Assembly: GCA_002104905.1 (NCBI GenBank)
Contig: MCFE01000008.1
Coordinates: 1 to 64,000, forward strand
Source: Basidiobolus meristosporus CBS 931.73
Lineage: Eukaryota; Fungi; Basidiobolomycota
Length of the DNA stretch: 64,000 nt
Direction of reading: 5' to 3'
Below are positions 34,101-49,484 of the stretch, one piece after another. A program made the position numbers and the translations under genes. The notes beneath the pieces are model-generated. The model was given only the letters and a program-made list of their open reading frames with translations, had not been told where the DNA came from and did not search any database. Numbering within the stretch: the stretch's first letter is position 1; the number at the start of each line of letters is the position of its first letter.

Positions 34101-37100
34101 GAATCCATTGTTCGAGCTATTCAAGGTGTGTGACTAATATTCGGCATGCTTTATGTTACACTCGTAACATAACGTTCTTTAGACATGTGTCAGAAGCATT
34201 CCGCATCTAGGCACCTTTCGCCCTCAGCATTTTCAGATTGTCATGGACTATCTGGGGATAAGAAACTCCGAACAAGGGCGTGCCAATGGCCTTGCACCAG
34301 ATTGGCGAGAGCGGCTATTCCACTCGTGCCAAGCTGTGGATGGTTTGAGCCACACAAATTTCTTCAATGACTTGAAAACCGGTACGTTCCAAAACGCTTA
34401 TTCCATGAGCACACCATTGATCTTGTTTCATTTTAGACATATCGGAGGGTGAAGCTATACGAATCATTGAAAATTCAGAAGAAATGCTGACCTATTGGGC
34501 TCTGTGGGAAACTGCCAGATACTGTGTTCTTGCTAGATCCAGAACCCCATTTGGGGGCGCTCAGCAGGTAAGGTTTGAATCGTGAGTGTAGCGAAACGGT
34601 ATACTGATCAGTACAATCATGGTTTCCAGACATTTGAGGTGTTTGAAAAAGCCCTGATCACTGCTCTATCTCCTCGCGCTGCCACGAGTAAGCTCTCGAA
34701 TGATATCGACAGCAACAGGTAATTAATCCTGCTGCAAACTGCTTTTATCAGCATTTGACTCATGTCGTATGTTTTCTTGTAAATCCAGTGTAACAGAACT
34801 CCAACGAATCCGAGATTTGATTGTATTTATCGACTTCCTTGAATTCCAAATATACAATGCCGCCGTTGGTACAGCCGTGAGCTCAATCCCACTTGCTCCT
34901 CGAGCCAGTATCGTATTCTTCCGTACAAATCTCAAGGTATGCGAGGATTGGTTCGTGCGAAATCGCAAAAACATCATCCATGTTTCGAGGAAATCTGGCA
35001 TTACTTGCTTGTTGATCCGACACTGCTTTAAATTCATTCGCGAGCAAGTCGCCTTCATCGTCTCCGATATTCTCAAGAATTCGCAGCGTATCACCGATAT
35101 CATTGAGGTGCTAACCATCGTTACGCCTCTGCTTGTAAGCGCTGGTGACGAAGATGGGATTAATGGGTTAATGAACAGTTGCCGCCAGGCCTTTTCTCAG
35201 ATCAAAAACCGGCTGGAAGAAATAATCGCTTCTGTAAAGGAGAGCGCCAACGAAATATCTATAATGCCTAGAGGAATCGAAGAAAAACGCGAAGAGCAGT
35301 CACAGGCAAAGGCTCTTCTAAGTTCTCTTGAAAGGTACCAAAATTTCGAGTGGCTCCAGCCGTCTATGTTCTTAGCTCGGGGAGACATTGAGTTGGCTGC
35401 TAAGGAGAGTGTGCGCTTCTACAACACCATGAAGAATAACACTATCGAGGCGTTTTTGGTGCGGCAGCTTAACGAATGTTACTCACAAATTTCGGATTGG
35501 AAGTCGATGGCTGAATGGGCGCCTATTATCAGCAAGCTACCCGATAATGCATCGTACGAACATTATTCGAAGGCTCTTATCTGCCTCGATGCAAGTAATT
35601 ACAGGGAGGCCGAAAGAGAGTTAAGCAAACTTTCACCAATCTCGAGTATTTCGGTCCTGGCCATGCCACAAGAGATCACCCAAGAATTTCAGCCTACGCT
35701 GCTAAGTACGATCGTTCATAAAATCAGGTGCGAGGCTGACTTTGATACGCCTAAGCCCGGAGGAATTGTATACGACTTCCTGAACATCTTATCGAAGGAA
35801 TCGTTCAAGGACTTTTCCTCTCCGTTGATCGCTTTGCAATTCCTCAACCTTTTCCAAAGCAGATCTGGACGCATGTTGTTTGACTTATCTAACATTACCC
35901 CAGAAATAGACTACATCCACCATAGTCTGCTTCGGGTATTGATGTACCATCGGATTCCTGAGTTTGTTTTGAAGTCTTCATCTGATTTGCCGGGAATCAA
36001 GTCGGTAGTTGATAAAGTTACGCTAACCTCTGCCAAACTCGCTCGCGAGTACACGTGCCTTGAAACGGCAGACGCCATTCTTGCCAGACTACGTCCTGCC
36101 AGATGTTTTGAAGTATTGTATGAAGATGCTGTACTTGCATACCAAATGGGTCACGTAGATTCAGCCTTTGGAAAAATAACCGAAGGAATTCGCAAGGTTG
36201 ACGCTAGCGACCTCGACAAAGCTAGAGCGGCTCTTACAATCGCAGGATGGGCCGCAAAGCTATCGATCCCTGAAGACATATCTCAAGATATCATGTTACT
36301 ATTTAGCGGTGAAGTTGAAAACGATTCTGCCGCACAATCTTATCCGCAAATGGAGACTGAGCATTTGAGATTGGCATGCTACGGCTTTGCAATTCATCAT
36401 AACTCAGACGAGCCTCAATCATGGCTCAAATATGCTCAGCATCTAGATAGCATGATATCGAGTGTGTTGAAGCAGAAGGAGCCGTATCGTTTACCTGCAG
36501 TCGAAGACCAATTGAGAGAGAAGTTGGAGGAATCTGTGTACAATGATCTATTTTCTGACCAGCAATCGTCATTTAAACAAGTAAGTTTTCGATGCCTTGG
36601 TGAATACCTGTATGCAAGCCTAACCAATCTATTGTTAGAAATTCTATCCCGAAGTCCTGCAAAAAGCCCAGACGGACGATCTTTCTTGGTTGGATGGCTA
36701 CGCTCACGACGATCAATATTCGATCGCGCCTGCAGATCTAGAAATCATCAAGTCCGTTGTTTCTGCTTGGAATTCCTCAATTCGACATGATTTCGGCGTG
36801 ATCGTCCAAGCGTATTTCAAATTCCTTGCCAGCTGTGCCATCAATGAGGTGTGTCATGTAGTTGACAATTGCTTTCGCGTCATTCCTAACAATTTTCATC
36901 ATCCAGGGTCAGAAACGTAGTCAATCTAGAGACGGTTTAACAAGTGCACTTCGGATTCTCAAAATCTTGTTCAAATACGGAGGATATCTTAAGGATGTTT
37001 TCGAAGAACAAAATCTGATAAATGCCTGGCCTTGGGATCAAATTGTTCCACAATTGTTTGCCGGCTTACAGCACCCTGATCAGTATGTGCAGGACTTTAC

Positions 37101-40100
37101 CACCAAAATCCTCTGCATATTGGCTGCTGCCTCACCTCAAGCGGTTGCGTATCATGCGATCGTAGAAAGCCTTTCTCCCTCGAATGAGAATAGAAAGAAC
37201 CGAGCTCAAATGATCGTGGAGGCTCTGCACCGAAACAACGATCAGGTGGTACAGGAGATCACCAAGATGGTGTCCGAGTTTCGACGCATCGCAGTCCTTT
37301 GGGAGGATTTGTGGACCGATAAGATCGCGCATCTTCAGCCTGAATTGGCTAGGCGAGCACAACAATTGAAGATCGAATTCGATAAAATTGACCAGAATAT
37401 GGTTTATTCGCTCGCAGAGAAGGACAAGGCTAAATCAGACAGCTATACTGCAATCTTCCAAACTGTGATCACTACCCTAGAGAAATTGTGTGACATGACC
37501 ATCAATTGCACCCCATGTACACCAAGAGAAGAGTGGTTCATTGAGAAATTTAAAGCGCCAATTGAAGATGCCATCACCAACCTGAGAACTCCAAAGCCGC
37601 TCAAGAAAATCAAGGAATGTTGGGAAGCTTTTAAAAAGGTATTGTTTCTGGTTAGTGTCATCAAAGTATTGCATTCTTAAAAGCCTTCCATCCAAAATGT
37701 AGATCGAAACAAAGCTATCCAAGGAATTTATGGGAGGGAAAACCCTAAGCCTGGCCGAGGTGAGCCCATATCTTGCGGAGATGAAGGATAGTATCATCCA
37801 TATCCCCGGCTTGTCTTCCAGCGATGAAGAAATTACTATTCACTCTATCAAAGAAGAGATTCTGGTGATTCCAACTAAAACCAAGCCCAAGAAATTGGTG
37901 TTTGTCGGCTCAGATGGTAAGAGCTATGGATACTTGTTCAAAGGGCTAGAAGATCTCCACTTGGACGAGCGAATGATGCAAATCCTGAGAATCACCAACC
38001 GGCTGCTGAAGAGAGACCCAGAATCTAATCGGAGATCTCTTCGAGCAAGAAACTACGGTGTCATCCCGTTAGGCAATCACTCTGGAATGATCCAATGGGT
38101 CGACAATACATCAACATTGTTCACCCTCTACAGAAAATGGCAGTACCGAGAGGCTGCTTCGAATATACTCATGCAGCCCCAGGACCAAGTAGACAATAAG
38201 GCACCGCCAGCCCATCCATCAAAGCCAAACGACATGTTTTACGAGAAAGTCGCTGCTGCTCTCAAGGAGGCCGGTGTTTCTACTAGTATCCCACGAAAGA
38301 ATTGGCCGATGGAAGTCTTGCGTAAAGTGTATTCAGATCTGGTTTCCGAAACGCCGAGCACTCTTTTGGAAAAAGAATTATGGGCTTCCTGCTCTACCTC
38401 CTCGGTCTGGTACAGGAAATCCAAGTCCTTTGTACGATCACTAGCTGTCATGTCGGTAATCGGGTATATAATCGGCTTGGGTGATCGACACTTGGACAAT
38501 ATTTTGATTGATTTCGTTCAAGGCGAAATCATACATATCGATTACAATATTTGCTTTGAGAAAGGCAAAAGACTGAGAATTCCGGAGACAGTTCCCTTCA
38601 GATTGACTCAAAACTTCCAAGCCGCCCTGGGTATGTCTGGTGTTGATGGGTATTTCAAGCAAGCAAGCTGCCATAGTCTTCGCGTTTTGAGGGAGAACAA
38701 GAAGTCTCTTCTGACCCTGTTGGATGCATTTGTCTACGACCCATTACTAGATTGGAGTCAGGATTCAAAGATTAAGAAGGATGAGCCTCCCCTGGAGGTT
38801 AGCGTGAATTTAGGCTTACTGGCGTCTAGAATGGGTTTGTTTCTATCCTCGTCAATTGATTGTAAGATACGTTTTTTGACGCTTCTGATTATTCGTAGCC
38901 AAGTTTAAAGAGGAACTCGAAACCCATCGCCAAAAACTCGATCAATCTTTAGCTTTGATAGAGATTACCGCGGATGATATCACGTCAGCAGTGGAGAATT
39001 TCCATATACCTTCGGCCTCCTCTAGCTCGCCAGACGCATCTGCTGACATTGCCAGGGACGATCTCGAGTTGTATATCGCCTCTCTCCGTAGCTATCTTGG
39101 TCAATACGAGAACAATCATGAAAACATCGTCACAGCTCTTGACCGGCTAAAGGTATGTCACTCACTTTTCAATTAACTACACTCCAGCATCTCATAATGG
39201 CTGTCCGAATATCTGTAGATCGATACACGCACGTTTTCTGACGATGGAGGTTCTTTTGATTTCTCAGAGCTCATTTCAGAGCTTGATTCCAGCAGCGCAC
39301 TTGCGCAAAAACTCTCCATGCTCGAATCAAATCTACATAAGTGGGAAAAAGACCAGGCCTCTCTAAGAGCCAAGTGTTCCGATCACCTCGAACATTACAA
39401 ACGATACGTGAATGGAGCCCCTCACATTCTTGAGCAGGATTTCTACCTTCGCTGGAAAACAATAATAGAGCCTATTCTACAGTCTGATCTTGAGAACCAC
39501 AGTGTTACTGAGGCATTGAATAGATACGAAAAGCTGAAGCCATCTAGCAGGCCAACATTATCGTCTTGGCAAACTATACTCTCCCAGGCAGCCTTGGATA
39601 CCGCTAAGCTTCAGCAAGTTTACGGACAACTTATCAGTTACCTAGACAATCAGCTTGACCAGAACAAACTCAGGTATGCTGGCAAAGACGAGGGCAATCG
39701 ACTGAATCAAACCCAGCTAGGAGCTGCCTGGACTGCTCTTGTTGAACTGTACCAGCTCTTCGAGAATTACGCTAATGATCCAAGCTTTGATATCTTGGCC
39801 GTGGTTCAACAAAAGTTCGGAATAAGATCCAAGTTTCTTCCTGACACCGATTTAGTAAAGGATGTAGATACCGTTGACACGCTGACCTACATACTGAAAC
39901 AACTTGTAGGGATTATCCGAGGTAATGATGCATTACAATTTCTTCATCAGAAGCCTCACTGACTTTGGACTAACTCACTAGACCATACCACCACCGAGCA
40001 ATCTCTTGAGCAACTACATGACTCAGTCACAAAACTCACCAAACTGCCTCAGGTTGTTTTCAGTTTCGAGACCAATTTATCGGACACGATAATCCCACAG

Positions 40101-42574
40101 ATATTTTCACTGTATCAACATTCGACCGAAATCTTCAACAATCTTGACTCCTCCCTCTGCGATATTCTTGAGGCTTTAACTCCAGAGGCACTAAATCAAT
40201 CTTATGACGACATGGTAATACCTTTGGGAGACTCTTCTTACACGAATCGGATAATAACTCTTCATTGAATAGAATGTCAAGTATCTAGATATGCTGGCTG
40301 GTGTCAATGGTGTAGAAGTAGCCGAAGGTGTTTGCAACTTCGAAAAGAATTTCAACGAAGTCCTACCATGGCTAGAGGTAGCTATATCCAAGTGCATGTC
40401 TTAACAAGAAACTCTGATTGATTGCTGTTTAGCAGACTGTATCCCTCGACTTCCATGAACGGCTATTCCAATGCAAGCTTCAGGTAGGTAGATGAACTAC
40501 CTACTGTATAACCAGATGACTGATGGTTGTATGCAGCTACTTTCCCATATTTTCAGCTCAATTCGCTCGCTTGCTCAGTCTCATGACGATTTGGATTTCA
40601 CCTTGGTTCCCCCTATGTGTTCGTCAGAAGTCCTGAAGAAGGAGCATATGAAGGGCGAAATCTACAATACGATAACAGAGATCCGACACATCGTTCTATT
40701 CGAAGTCCATAACCGGGCCATGGCGCAACTCTGTAAGAGCGCTATAGGAGTGATTCTTGAATCGCTAGAAGCATTGATGGGAAATATCAAAGATAATGAC
40801 AACGCCAACAAGAATTTGATAAAACACTTCGTCAGCACTGGCGTGTGCACACTACCAGACATCCATGCAGAAAGAGCCGTCATTAATCAATATATCTTTG
40901 AAACCTTCAAAGCACATAAGCTCCAAGTGGTATGGGATTGTTCGTTAAATTGTCACCGCTACTGGAATGCTAACCTCTATGCAACTAGATCACTCATCGT
41001 AAACAGCTTCTGGATCGTACCTTTGCATTCCAAAGCTTTTACTTTTCCAAATTCCAGTGGCTTAATAAGCCCTACTTGCTTGGGATTGACGACGTGAAGG
41101 TGAAAATACAATGCCGACTGGCTGGCTGAAATGTGTAGTAACATAATATATAGGTTATTTCGGAGCTAGCTCAAGACAAAATTGATATTCAGAACTCAAA
41201 GACCATGGTAGAAGAGCTCTCTCATTCGCTCCAAGAGATGGAGTCGGATCTTACGAACGCAGCGTGGCCCGACTTGTCTCTGAACGTTTCTGAATCCTTA
41301 TTACAGTCTGTTCGCCACAGTAACAAGTTGCTGGATGCGAAGTTTGACACGGTAAAATTATTTCACTCAGCATCAGCAATATTATTTCTTTGTCTGACGT
41401 GCTAGTGTTAGATTCAAAGTGCTAGTCAACTTATAGATACCATCCTCGATTTCGAAAATATGCGTGGCCCACAAGATGAAAACCCGGAGGAACTCAATAT
41501 CTTGGAGATTTTGAAGGCGTGCCAGATGATATTAAAGCCAAGCAGGTTCGTACTCCACGATACCAATGTCTGAGTAAGTGCACTCACCCCTACTTTAGCC
41601 AAACTCAACCAAGCGCCATCGACAATGTCGTCGTAAAGATGCAGGATCTGAAAGTAATAGCCTCCTATTCTTCGCAACTCAACAGATACTGATCTTTTGC
41701 ATAGTTGGATAGCGTTCAGGATAGCATGCACAAACTTATGAGTGAAATCGGATGGCTTTATACGTCTATGGAAGAAATTCTCAATGAAGTGTCTGGTTTG
41801 GTAAAAGTCTTATACAATCAAACTAATCGTAAGCCTGAGGTGCGGTCCATACATCAACGCTTCAAGGTACCTCTATCTTTTCCCGGATTCATGGATCATG
41901 CTTTAACACGGCACCGCTTCTCTCCAGGCATTTATCATTGTTTACTCCGACTTCTCCTATTATTTTGATACTTTGTTTGAGTCGCTCGAAACCCTATTTG
42001 GCAGTGAAAATGCACAAGAGCAAATAAGGCTTAGCGAACTCAATGATAATATTCAGAATATTGTAGAAAGGGTAGGAGACAACACCAGCCTCCTGCTGAA
42101 GTGCCGCATTAACCTTTGCCTTGGCATATTAGAAAACCGATGCTGAGCTTGCGCTGAAGAAACTCTTCACCTGTTTGTATGCGCTCAGTGAGGATCGCGA
42201 TGAGCCCGAAATATACCGGATTCTGGAGGAGGACGCCGGCTCGGGGATTGATGAATGGGAAGAAGATTACAAGGAGGCCGACAATAAATCTTCAGCAAAC
42301 GTTACCCCAGGCCCGGTTGAAAACAACGATATCAATGGTAAGTCCTATATATGCTCATGAATCGGAAGGAATGCTAACTTGACACCTGATAGCTCGTAAC
42401 CGTCAGAACTATGCACTGAACATAATCGATCGAATCCGGCGAAAACTAAACGGCTTGGATGGCGACAAATATACCTCCATGACCGTAGAGGAACAAGTGG
42501 ATTATGTGTATGAGCAAGCCACCTCCACGGATAATTTGTGTTCAATGTACGAAGGATGGACTTCATGGATTTAA
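31143..42574 (+). CDS. SMG1: SMG1 PIKK-family kinase (nonsense-mediated decay), many introns
   Basis: N-terminal LLKILRED..RR; PIKK core IPTKTKPKKL, YLFKGLEDLHLDERMMQ, GLGDRHLDNIL, HIDYNICFEKGKRLRIPETVPFRLT; very long insertion between the kinase and FATC (LCSMYEGWTSWI, stop 42572-42574), typical of SMG1 rather than TOR, ATM or ATR. Confidence 0.92.
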
Positions 42575-43117
42575 CAGGTAGGAACCCCACTTCAGCTACC
42601 CAGGTGATCAAGCGGAGTTATCTGGTACTCGGCCGAGTCAAGGCCTCAGTCATACGCACTAAGCCGTCCCATGCTGCGGACAGCATGAAGTATAGACGTG
42701 TACAGTCTGCACGTGGTAGACCAAGTTCGCTTGTCATTTCTTCTTGTTAGCGTTTGAATAAATTGAGGTGTTCGTAACCATAACCGTTCTGGAGTTACCC
42801 AAGGCTGATTGAGTTGTCGGCCCAAGATACATCACAGAACAAACCAATCCGGTGCTTTCGCCGTTTGTCGTACAGCTCACTACCATGCAGAGTCGACCCC
42901 ACCGAACTCCAATAATGTTGAATCGCTCGACATCAAGACGCCCATCCATCAGAATATTATTGAGGCCAAGTAAAACTTGCCTTAGTGGAGATTGTGATTT
43001 TCCTTTTGTTATAAGGAGGGCTTCGTTCTCGTCTCACCCATCACTTAAAATCGCAACTTTATTGTTCATGGTTACATCATACAAAGGTAAGCACTTACGG
43101 ATTGGTGTGTAAATAGC

Positions 43118-43495
43118 TTATTCCTCATCAGACTCCTCCTCTTCCTCATCTTGGTTGGCGATGTTGAAGTATCTGAGCTCATAGGTGGTCTTGTTGGTGG
43201 CAATGACACGGAGCCAGTCACGAAGTTGGTGCTTCTTCAAGAACTTCTTGGTGAGGTACTTGAGGTAACGCTTGGAGAAAGCTTGGGTGGAGACAACAGT
43301 GATCTTGGCATCGTCACCACGCTTGATGGAAACAATGTCACCAAGGTTGTTGGTACGGCCTTGGACCTTGATGCGATCGTGAAGGAATTTCTCAAAAGCA
43401 GCGGCATCAAAGATCTTGTCGTTGGCAGGGCCTGAGCAGTCCAAAGTGAACTTGTAGGTAACCTTCTTGGCCTTGTTGGTCTTGGTAACGGGCAT
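43118..43495 (-). CDS. RPL22: 60S ribosomal protein eL22
   Basis: [30 protein letters not shown]...[25 protein letters not shown]...YELRYFNI; acidic tail; strong codon bias. Confidence 0.97.
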   Translation of the reverse strand: MPVTKTNKAKKVTYKFTLDCSGPANDKIFDAAAFEKFLHDRIKVQGRTNNLGDIVSIKRGDDAKITVVSTQAFSKRYLKYLTKKFLKKHQLRDWLRVIATNKTTYELRYFNIANQDEEEEESDEE

Positions 43496-43993
43496 GACTA
43501 AAGTTTTGAGAAACTCCAAATGTAGAGAAGAGAGAAGGAACCCGTTTGCGCGACAATAATGTATTTATTTTACGGCTCTCCACAGGGCGGGCGATGATTG
43601 GCCACAAGAATCCAAGGAATTTTTTTAACTCCGGGCTCTGCCTGGAAAGCCAGGTCCATGGAAATCAACGATCAGGTAAATATGCGAATTCCATTGCCTC
43701 GACACCGCGTACTCCACTGGATTTTTTTCAACATCGAATCATCCCAGACTCGACCTCTCCTCCCCCAACAAAAACCGTTTGTGAGGATACTCTAGTACAC
43801 TCCAACCCCCTTATTAAGATACTAGACTTGTTTTCAAAGTATATTCAAACTATACATTATTTGGAGTCCTTTAACCCTGGTGTCCATATTCTTACTCTTC
43901 TGTAACATATTAGATATTATCCATCCTGTTCCTTGACACTTGGTGCATCCTCAGCTATTTTCTTGTTTAATTTGTTTCGTTCTTTCAATACCC

Positions 43994-45006
43994 ATGGAAT
44001 CAGCTGTCTTGAGCAACGTTCGTAAACCGTAAGTATTTGCTGGAAGTGTCCCTTACCTGGGTCGGTCCTAAGTGATGATTTATTCCTAGACCAAGTAGAG
44101 CTAACAGCACCCACTCACTTACCAACAACTCTTCTGTCGGTGGCATTAATAATGGTAGCAGATTGAAGCAGCTACAACGTTCAAATTCCAGCACAAGCAC
44201 TGCATCGGCCGGCGTAACAGCCCACAACGTTAATACATATACAATACCGCAAAGCCCCACATCATCTAGCGCCTCTACAGGCATTCATCCTTTGCATTTC
44301 ACCTGGGTGTTTTGGTTTATGCATCGTCAACCTGGCCAGAAAATCACGAATTATGAGAGTGCAATGAAAAAGATCGCCTCGTTTTCTTCGGTAGATATTG
44401 TAGTTGTAAGAAACCATTGGACCTCTTACTGATAGACCCGGTGTTTGCAAAATATAGATTGAGGATTTCTGGGCTGTCTACTCACATCTCCGGCGCCCAC
44501 ACGAACTACCAACCATCAGTGATTATCATCTATTCAAGCAGGGAGTTCGCCCAGTCTGGGAGGTAAGTATTTCAGCCACCATCTATTCCGCCAGCCCAAA
44601 TGTTTAATCGATGCTGATAAGGACGAAGCAAACATCAACGGAGGAAAGTGGATCATTCGATTCAAGAAAGGGCTAGCTTCCCGTTATTGGGAGAATTTGG
44701 TGTTGGCAGTCATTGGGGATCAGTTCGAGGTAGGATCGGAGATATGTGGGGCTGTGCTGTCGATTCGCCATAGTGAAGATATTCTCTCCGTGTGGAATCG
44801 GTCAGCCCACGAAGGCCGTGTCAATCTGAAGATACGGTAATCGCGCTACTTTACCCCTCTTCAGTCTAGCCATCCTCTAATCATTCTTCAGGGATACGCT
44901 GAAACGCACTCTGGATCTACCATCCGATACCATTATGGAGTATAAAACCCACAATGACGCACTCAGGGACAACTCCAGCTTCCGCAACACTGATGTGTAT
45001 AAATGA
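43994..45006 (+). CDS. EIF4E2: eIF4E family member, class II (4EHP/nCBP-like)
   Basis: Spliced product HPLHFTWVFWF...IEDFWAVYSHL...YHLFKQGVRPVWED..N.NGGKW..RFKKGLASRYWENLVLAVIGDQF...YKTHNDALRDNSSFRNT; four predicted introns. Confidence 0.88.
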
Positions 45007-45493
45007 TTTGCTTTTGATTAAAATACCCATTTCTTGCGAAGTCTGCAATTGAATGATGGTTTTTTGGATGTCTGAATCCTCTGAACACAAGGTATGAACA
45101 ATGCACATACACTGCTCTAAAAGATCCATTTTACTCTGTTGTACGGGAATCGCACAACCTCCGTGGCTGATTGAAGAGGTCATGTACTTTATGTACAATA
45201 TTGTAGATGAGGCTATCCCGGAATACGGCCTTGGTTTTATGGGCACGGTGGGTGGCACGGATATTATGGGATGCATGGAACTGACCGGCTAGTTGGCAAT
45301 ATTAGTAAGCTTTTATTGCGGGATTATATGTTTGGCCGCCACATCGTAGCATCATTATACTCGTAGATATGGAGCAAGTCGCAACGAGCTTCTGGATTTC
45401 TTCAAGTTTATATTGAAATGGAGAGATAATCGGAAAAGAAAGAAATACAAGTATCTATAGAATGATAAACATGAATCAAAATCTTTGAGGGAA

Positions 45494-47344
45494 TTAGTGG
45501 CCGTGAGGGTCGCTTTGTTCCTTTTGCTCAGGGATAACCTTGATCATGTCGTCGATACGGAGAATGGAGATGGCTGCCTCGGTGGCTGATTTGAGTGATT
45601 TGATCTTGGACATAGCTGGCTCCAAAACACCGGCGCGCAAGCTATCACGGATCTCTCCCTTGATCAAGTCAAGACCGTACCACTTCAACAACATCTTCTC
45701 TTCGTCGGTGGTGGTTTGGGATTCGTTATGGATGGAGCGCAATCTAGCAACAAGCTCTGTGGAATCTTGGGCAGCATTCACAGAGAGAGTTTTGGGAATA
45801 ACGAGAAGTGCGTTGGCAAATTCGTTGATGGCAAGTTGTTCACGGGAACCAAGGGAAGTGGCGAAATTCTCAAGGTGGATGTTCAATGCGGCTTCAACAG
45901 CACCACCTCCTGGAACGACCACATTGGACTCGAGAGTACGCTTGACCACGCACATGGAATCGTGAAGGGAGCGCTCCATCTCATCGAGCATGTAGTCGTT
46001 GGCACCACGAAGAATAAGGGAGGCGGATTTTTGAGCCTTGGTTCCCTTGATCAAAATGCACTCGTCGTCGGAGATACGCTCTTGGACAACTTGCTCAGCA
46101 TAACCAAGGTAGCTTTCCTCGAAAGATTCCTCTCCGTCCAAGTTGGCAAGAGTAGAGATCATGGTAGCCCCGGTGGCCTTGGCAATTCTTCTCATGTCCT
46201 CCTTGGTAACTCTTCTCACGGCCATGGCACCAGCCTCGACGAAGCACTTGAGGCAGAGGTCATCAATACCCTTGGTTGTCAAGATGACATTGGCACCAGT
46301 ATCAAGAATCTTCTTGATTCTGTCAGTGGTGATTCCGATTTCTCTCTTACGGATATCTTCCAACTTCTCTGGGTCATCAACCAAGATGTTAACACCAAGG
46401 TGCATACGAGCCTTCTGGAGGTTAATATCCAAACAGGCGATCTTAGCATCAGTAATGCGAGTCTTCATGGCGGAAGAGGCAACAGTGCAGTTGAGGGCAT
46501 ATCCATCAACGATCATAGACTCCTTCACACCCTTGCCGTGGGCTTTAAGGATGTTGACTGCCTTAACGGGGTATTTGGCTTCACCTCTGGCATTGACATT
46601 CTTGACGGCAAGCATAGAGTCGACCACCATGTTGGCGAAAAACTCGTCATCCGTACCAATAATCTTACTGGACATGCTGGTCTTGGCGACGTTCATCAAA
46701 CATTCACGTCCAAGGGCATCGACCTTGGAGGTCATCTTGTCAACAATAAACTTGCATGCCTCTTTGCAAGCTTGGCGATAGCCGGAAATAATAACTGTGG
46801 GGTGAATTTTGTTCTTGACGAGTTCGTTGGCACGTTTCAAAAGCTCGGCAGCAATGATGACGACTGAGGTAGTACCATCTCCGACTTCCTTGTCTTGTTG
46901 ATGAGCAAGTTCGACCAAAACACGACCGGCGGGATGCTCCACTTCCAATAGGCCGAGAATGGTGGCACCATCGTTAGTAATGGTCACATCCTGAGCAAGA
47001 GATGCTAATTTAGTCGAGAAACATTGTAAACAATTGTATTATAAACTTACACCAATGTCATCAACCATCATTTTATCCAAACCAACTGGACCCAGAGAGC
47101 TCTTCACGATGTTGGCGATAGAAGAAGCAGCCAAGACTAAAATACAAAGTAATAGTAAGAAACTAGAACCAGATCAAGGATGTACTGGGTCCGTGAAGGA
47201 ATTAGGAGTATTTGGAAAATCGAATTGAATAGGGGGACTGATGGCTACAACTGTGTGGTAATTACCATTTTGACTTCTGACATCCTGACCGGTGGCACGC
47301 TCTCCACCGAGAAACAGGGTAGGATTACTTTCTTTGGCATACAT
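45494..47344 (-). CDS. CCT1: T-complex protein 1 subunit alpha (CCT/TRiC chaperonin)
   Basis: [62 protein letters not shown]; two introns near the 5' end. Confidence 0.97.
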
Positions 47345-47677
47345 ATTGTGCTAGTAACTTTGGAGTAAAACTACACAGGATGTTCGTTCAACAGTAAGTT
47401 GGTACTGCAGGTCAACCTCCCGTATCAGGCGGTTTTTTTTTCTACCTCTCTGAGTAATTAACTCGGAAAAAATCAAACAAGCATTGTTTTTTTTTTGGAA
47501 GATTGTAGAAGGTTAGGGCAAGCAAAGGGATTAGATTTTGATTCGTTAATCAAATTGTTGATATTTTGCTCAGGCAGCGTAATTTCAATGAAGGGGCCGT
47601 GCAGGCAATGCTGTTCCTATGGTATCGTGCTTAACCTAGAAATCCAACTTGATTAACTTAGAAAGATGCTTAAATAG

Positions 47678-48736
<1,059 letters not shown>

Positions 48737-49229
48737 TGTGTTAATTTACTGTTTGAGAAGGATTTAGTCGAATTATAAACTGAACACAGCATTATAAAAT
48801 CTATAATTATATCCTAGTTTATATCTCATTAAATAATGCCCAGTTTAACCGAAATCTACCAAGCCATCAAAACTCAAATCAACGATGAAATCAATTTCTT
48901 CATACGGGGAACAGAACTTGTTGGTTTACGCATGGCATTGGAGATATTACCCTTGTAATATGCAGCAATGCCAGTCGAGATTACAATCCTGGTTTTGATT
49001 CGGCCAATGATGGATCGATTTACTGGCAGGCTCATTTAGGAGTAGAAAAAAAATTGGCTAAAAAAAACGAAATAATCAGGGGGACTAAGCAGGGGGGCCT
49101 TGAAATTTAGTGGCCGAACTGAGGTGTATAAATGTCGCCCATAGGATGTACCTATCCCTCATCCAACACTTGGATCGCAAGTTCCATCTGACAACAGGTA
49201 AAGATCCATTCATTTTATACTCTCCCGAT

Positions 49230-49326
49230 AGTTGAGATGACGAAAACGCGTCTTGATACCCTGAACTTCTTCGGACGTTTCTTGATGAATCAAAATCGCA
49301 TTTAGGAATTCCTCGTTTCTGATCTA
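49230..49326 (+). ncRNA. snR57: Box C/D snoRNA guiding 18S Gm1572-equivalent (snR57-like)
   Basis: C box GAGATGA 49234, D' CTGA 49261, cUUCGg hairpin, C' TGATGA 49283, D CTGA 49319. The 15-nt TAGGAATTCCTCGTT is complementary to conserved 18S AACGAGGAAUUCCUA; the D+5 rule points to the G of AAC[G]AGG. Confidence 0.88.
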
Positions 49327-49484
49327 CTCACTTTCGAGATTACTACTGTTGCTATAAGAACTCTTTCTCATCCATTTCGTTTATTAGATGCTATTAACTT
49401 GAAGTTCATTCAATGATGACATTCAATCGGACATACGGTTTGAAGGTAACTATCAATTTGATGTGCTCCATTGTGTGAGGAACT

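Noticed and set aside
42590-42950. Possible small spliced gene on the minus strand between SMG1 and RPL22
   Set aside because: One plausible intron (GCTAAC..AAG), but the product resembles nothing I know and there is little room for a promoter; needs RNA-seq.
45716-46867. 383-aa antisense ORF over CCT1 (also antisense ORFs over RPL22 and RPL6)
   Set aside because: Typical shadow of strong codon bias in highly expressed genes.
47498-47510. Heat-shock-element-like GAAnnTTGnnGAA in the CCT1/PUP2 divergent promoter
   Set aside because: Single imperfect match, expected by chance.
49413-49478. Putative sixth C/D snoRNA (ATGATGA followed by CATTCAATCGG, antisense to 18S CCGAUUGAAUG)
   Set aside because: No canonical D box; its apparent 3' end is the external stem of the snR61 copy, and a 5' splice site lies inside it. 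An 11-nt chance match is possible.
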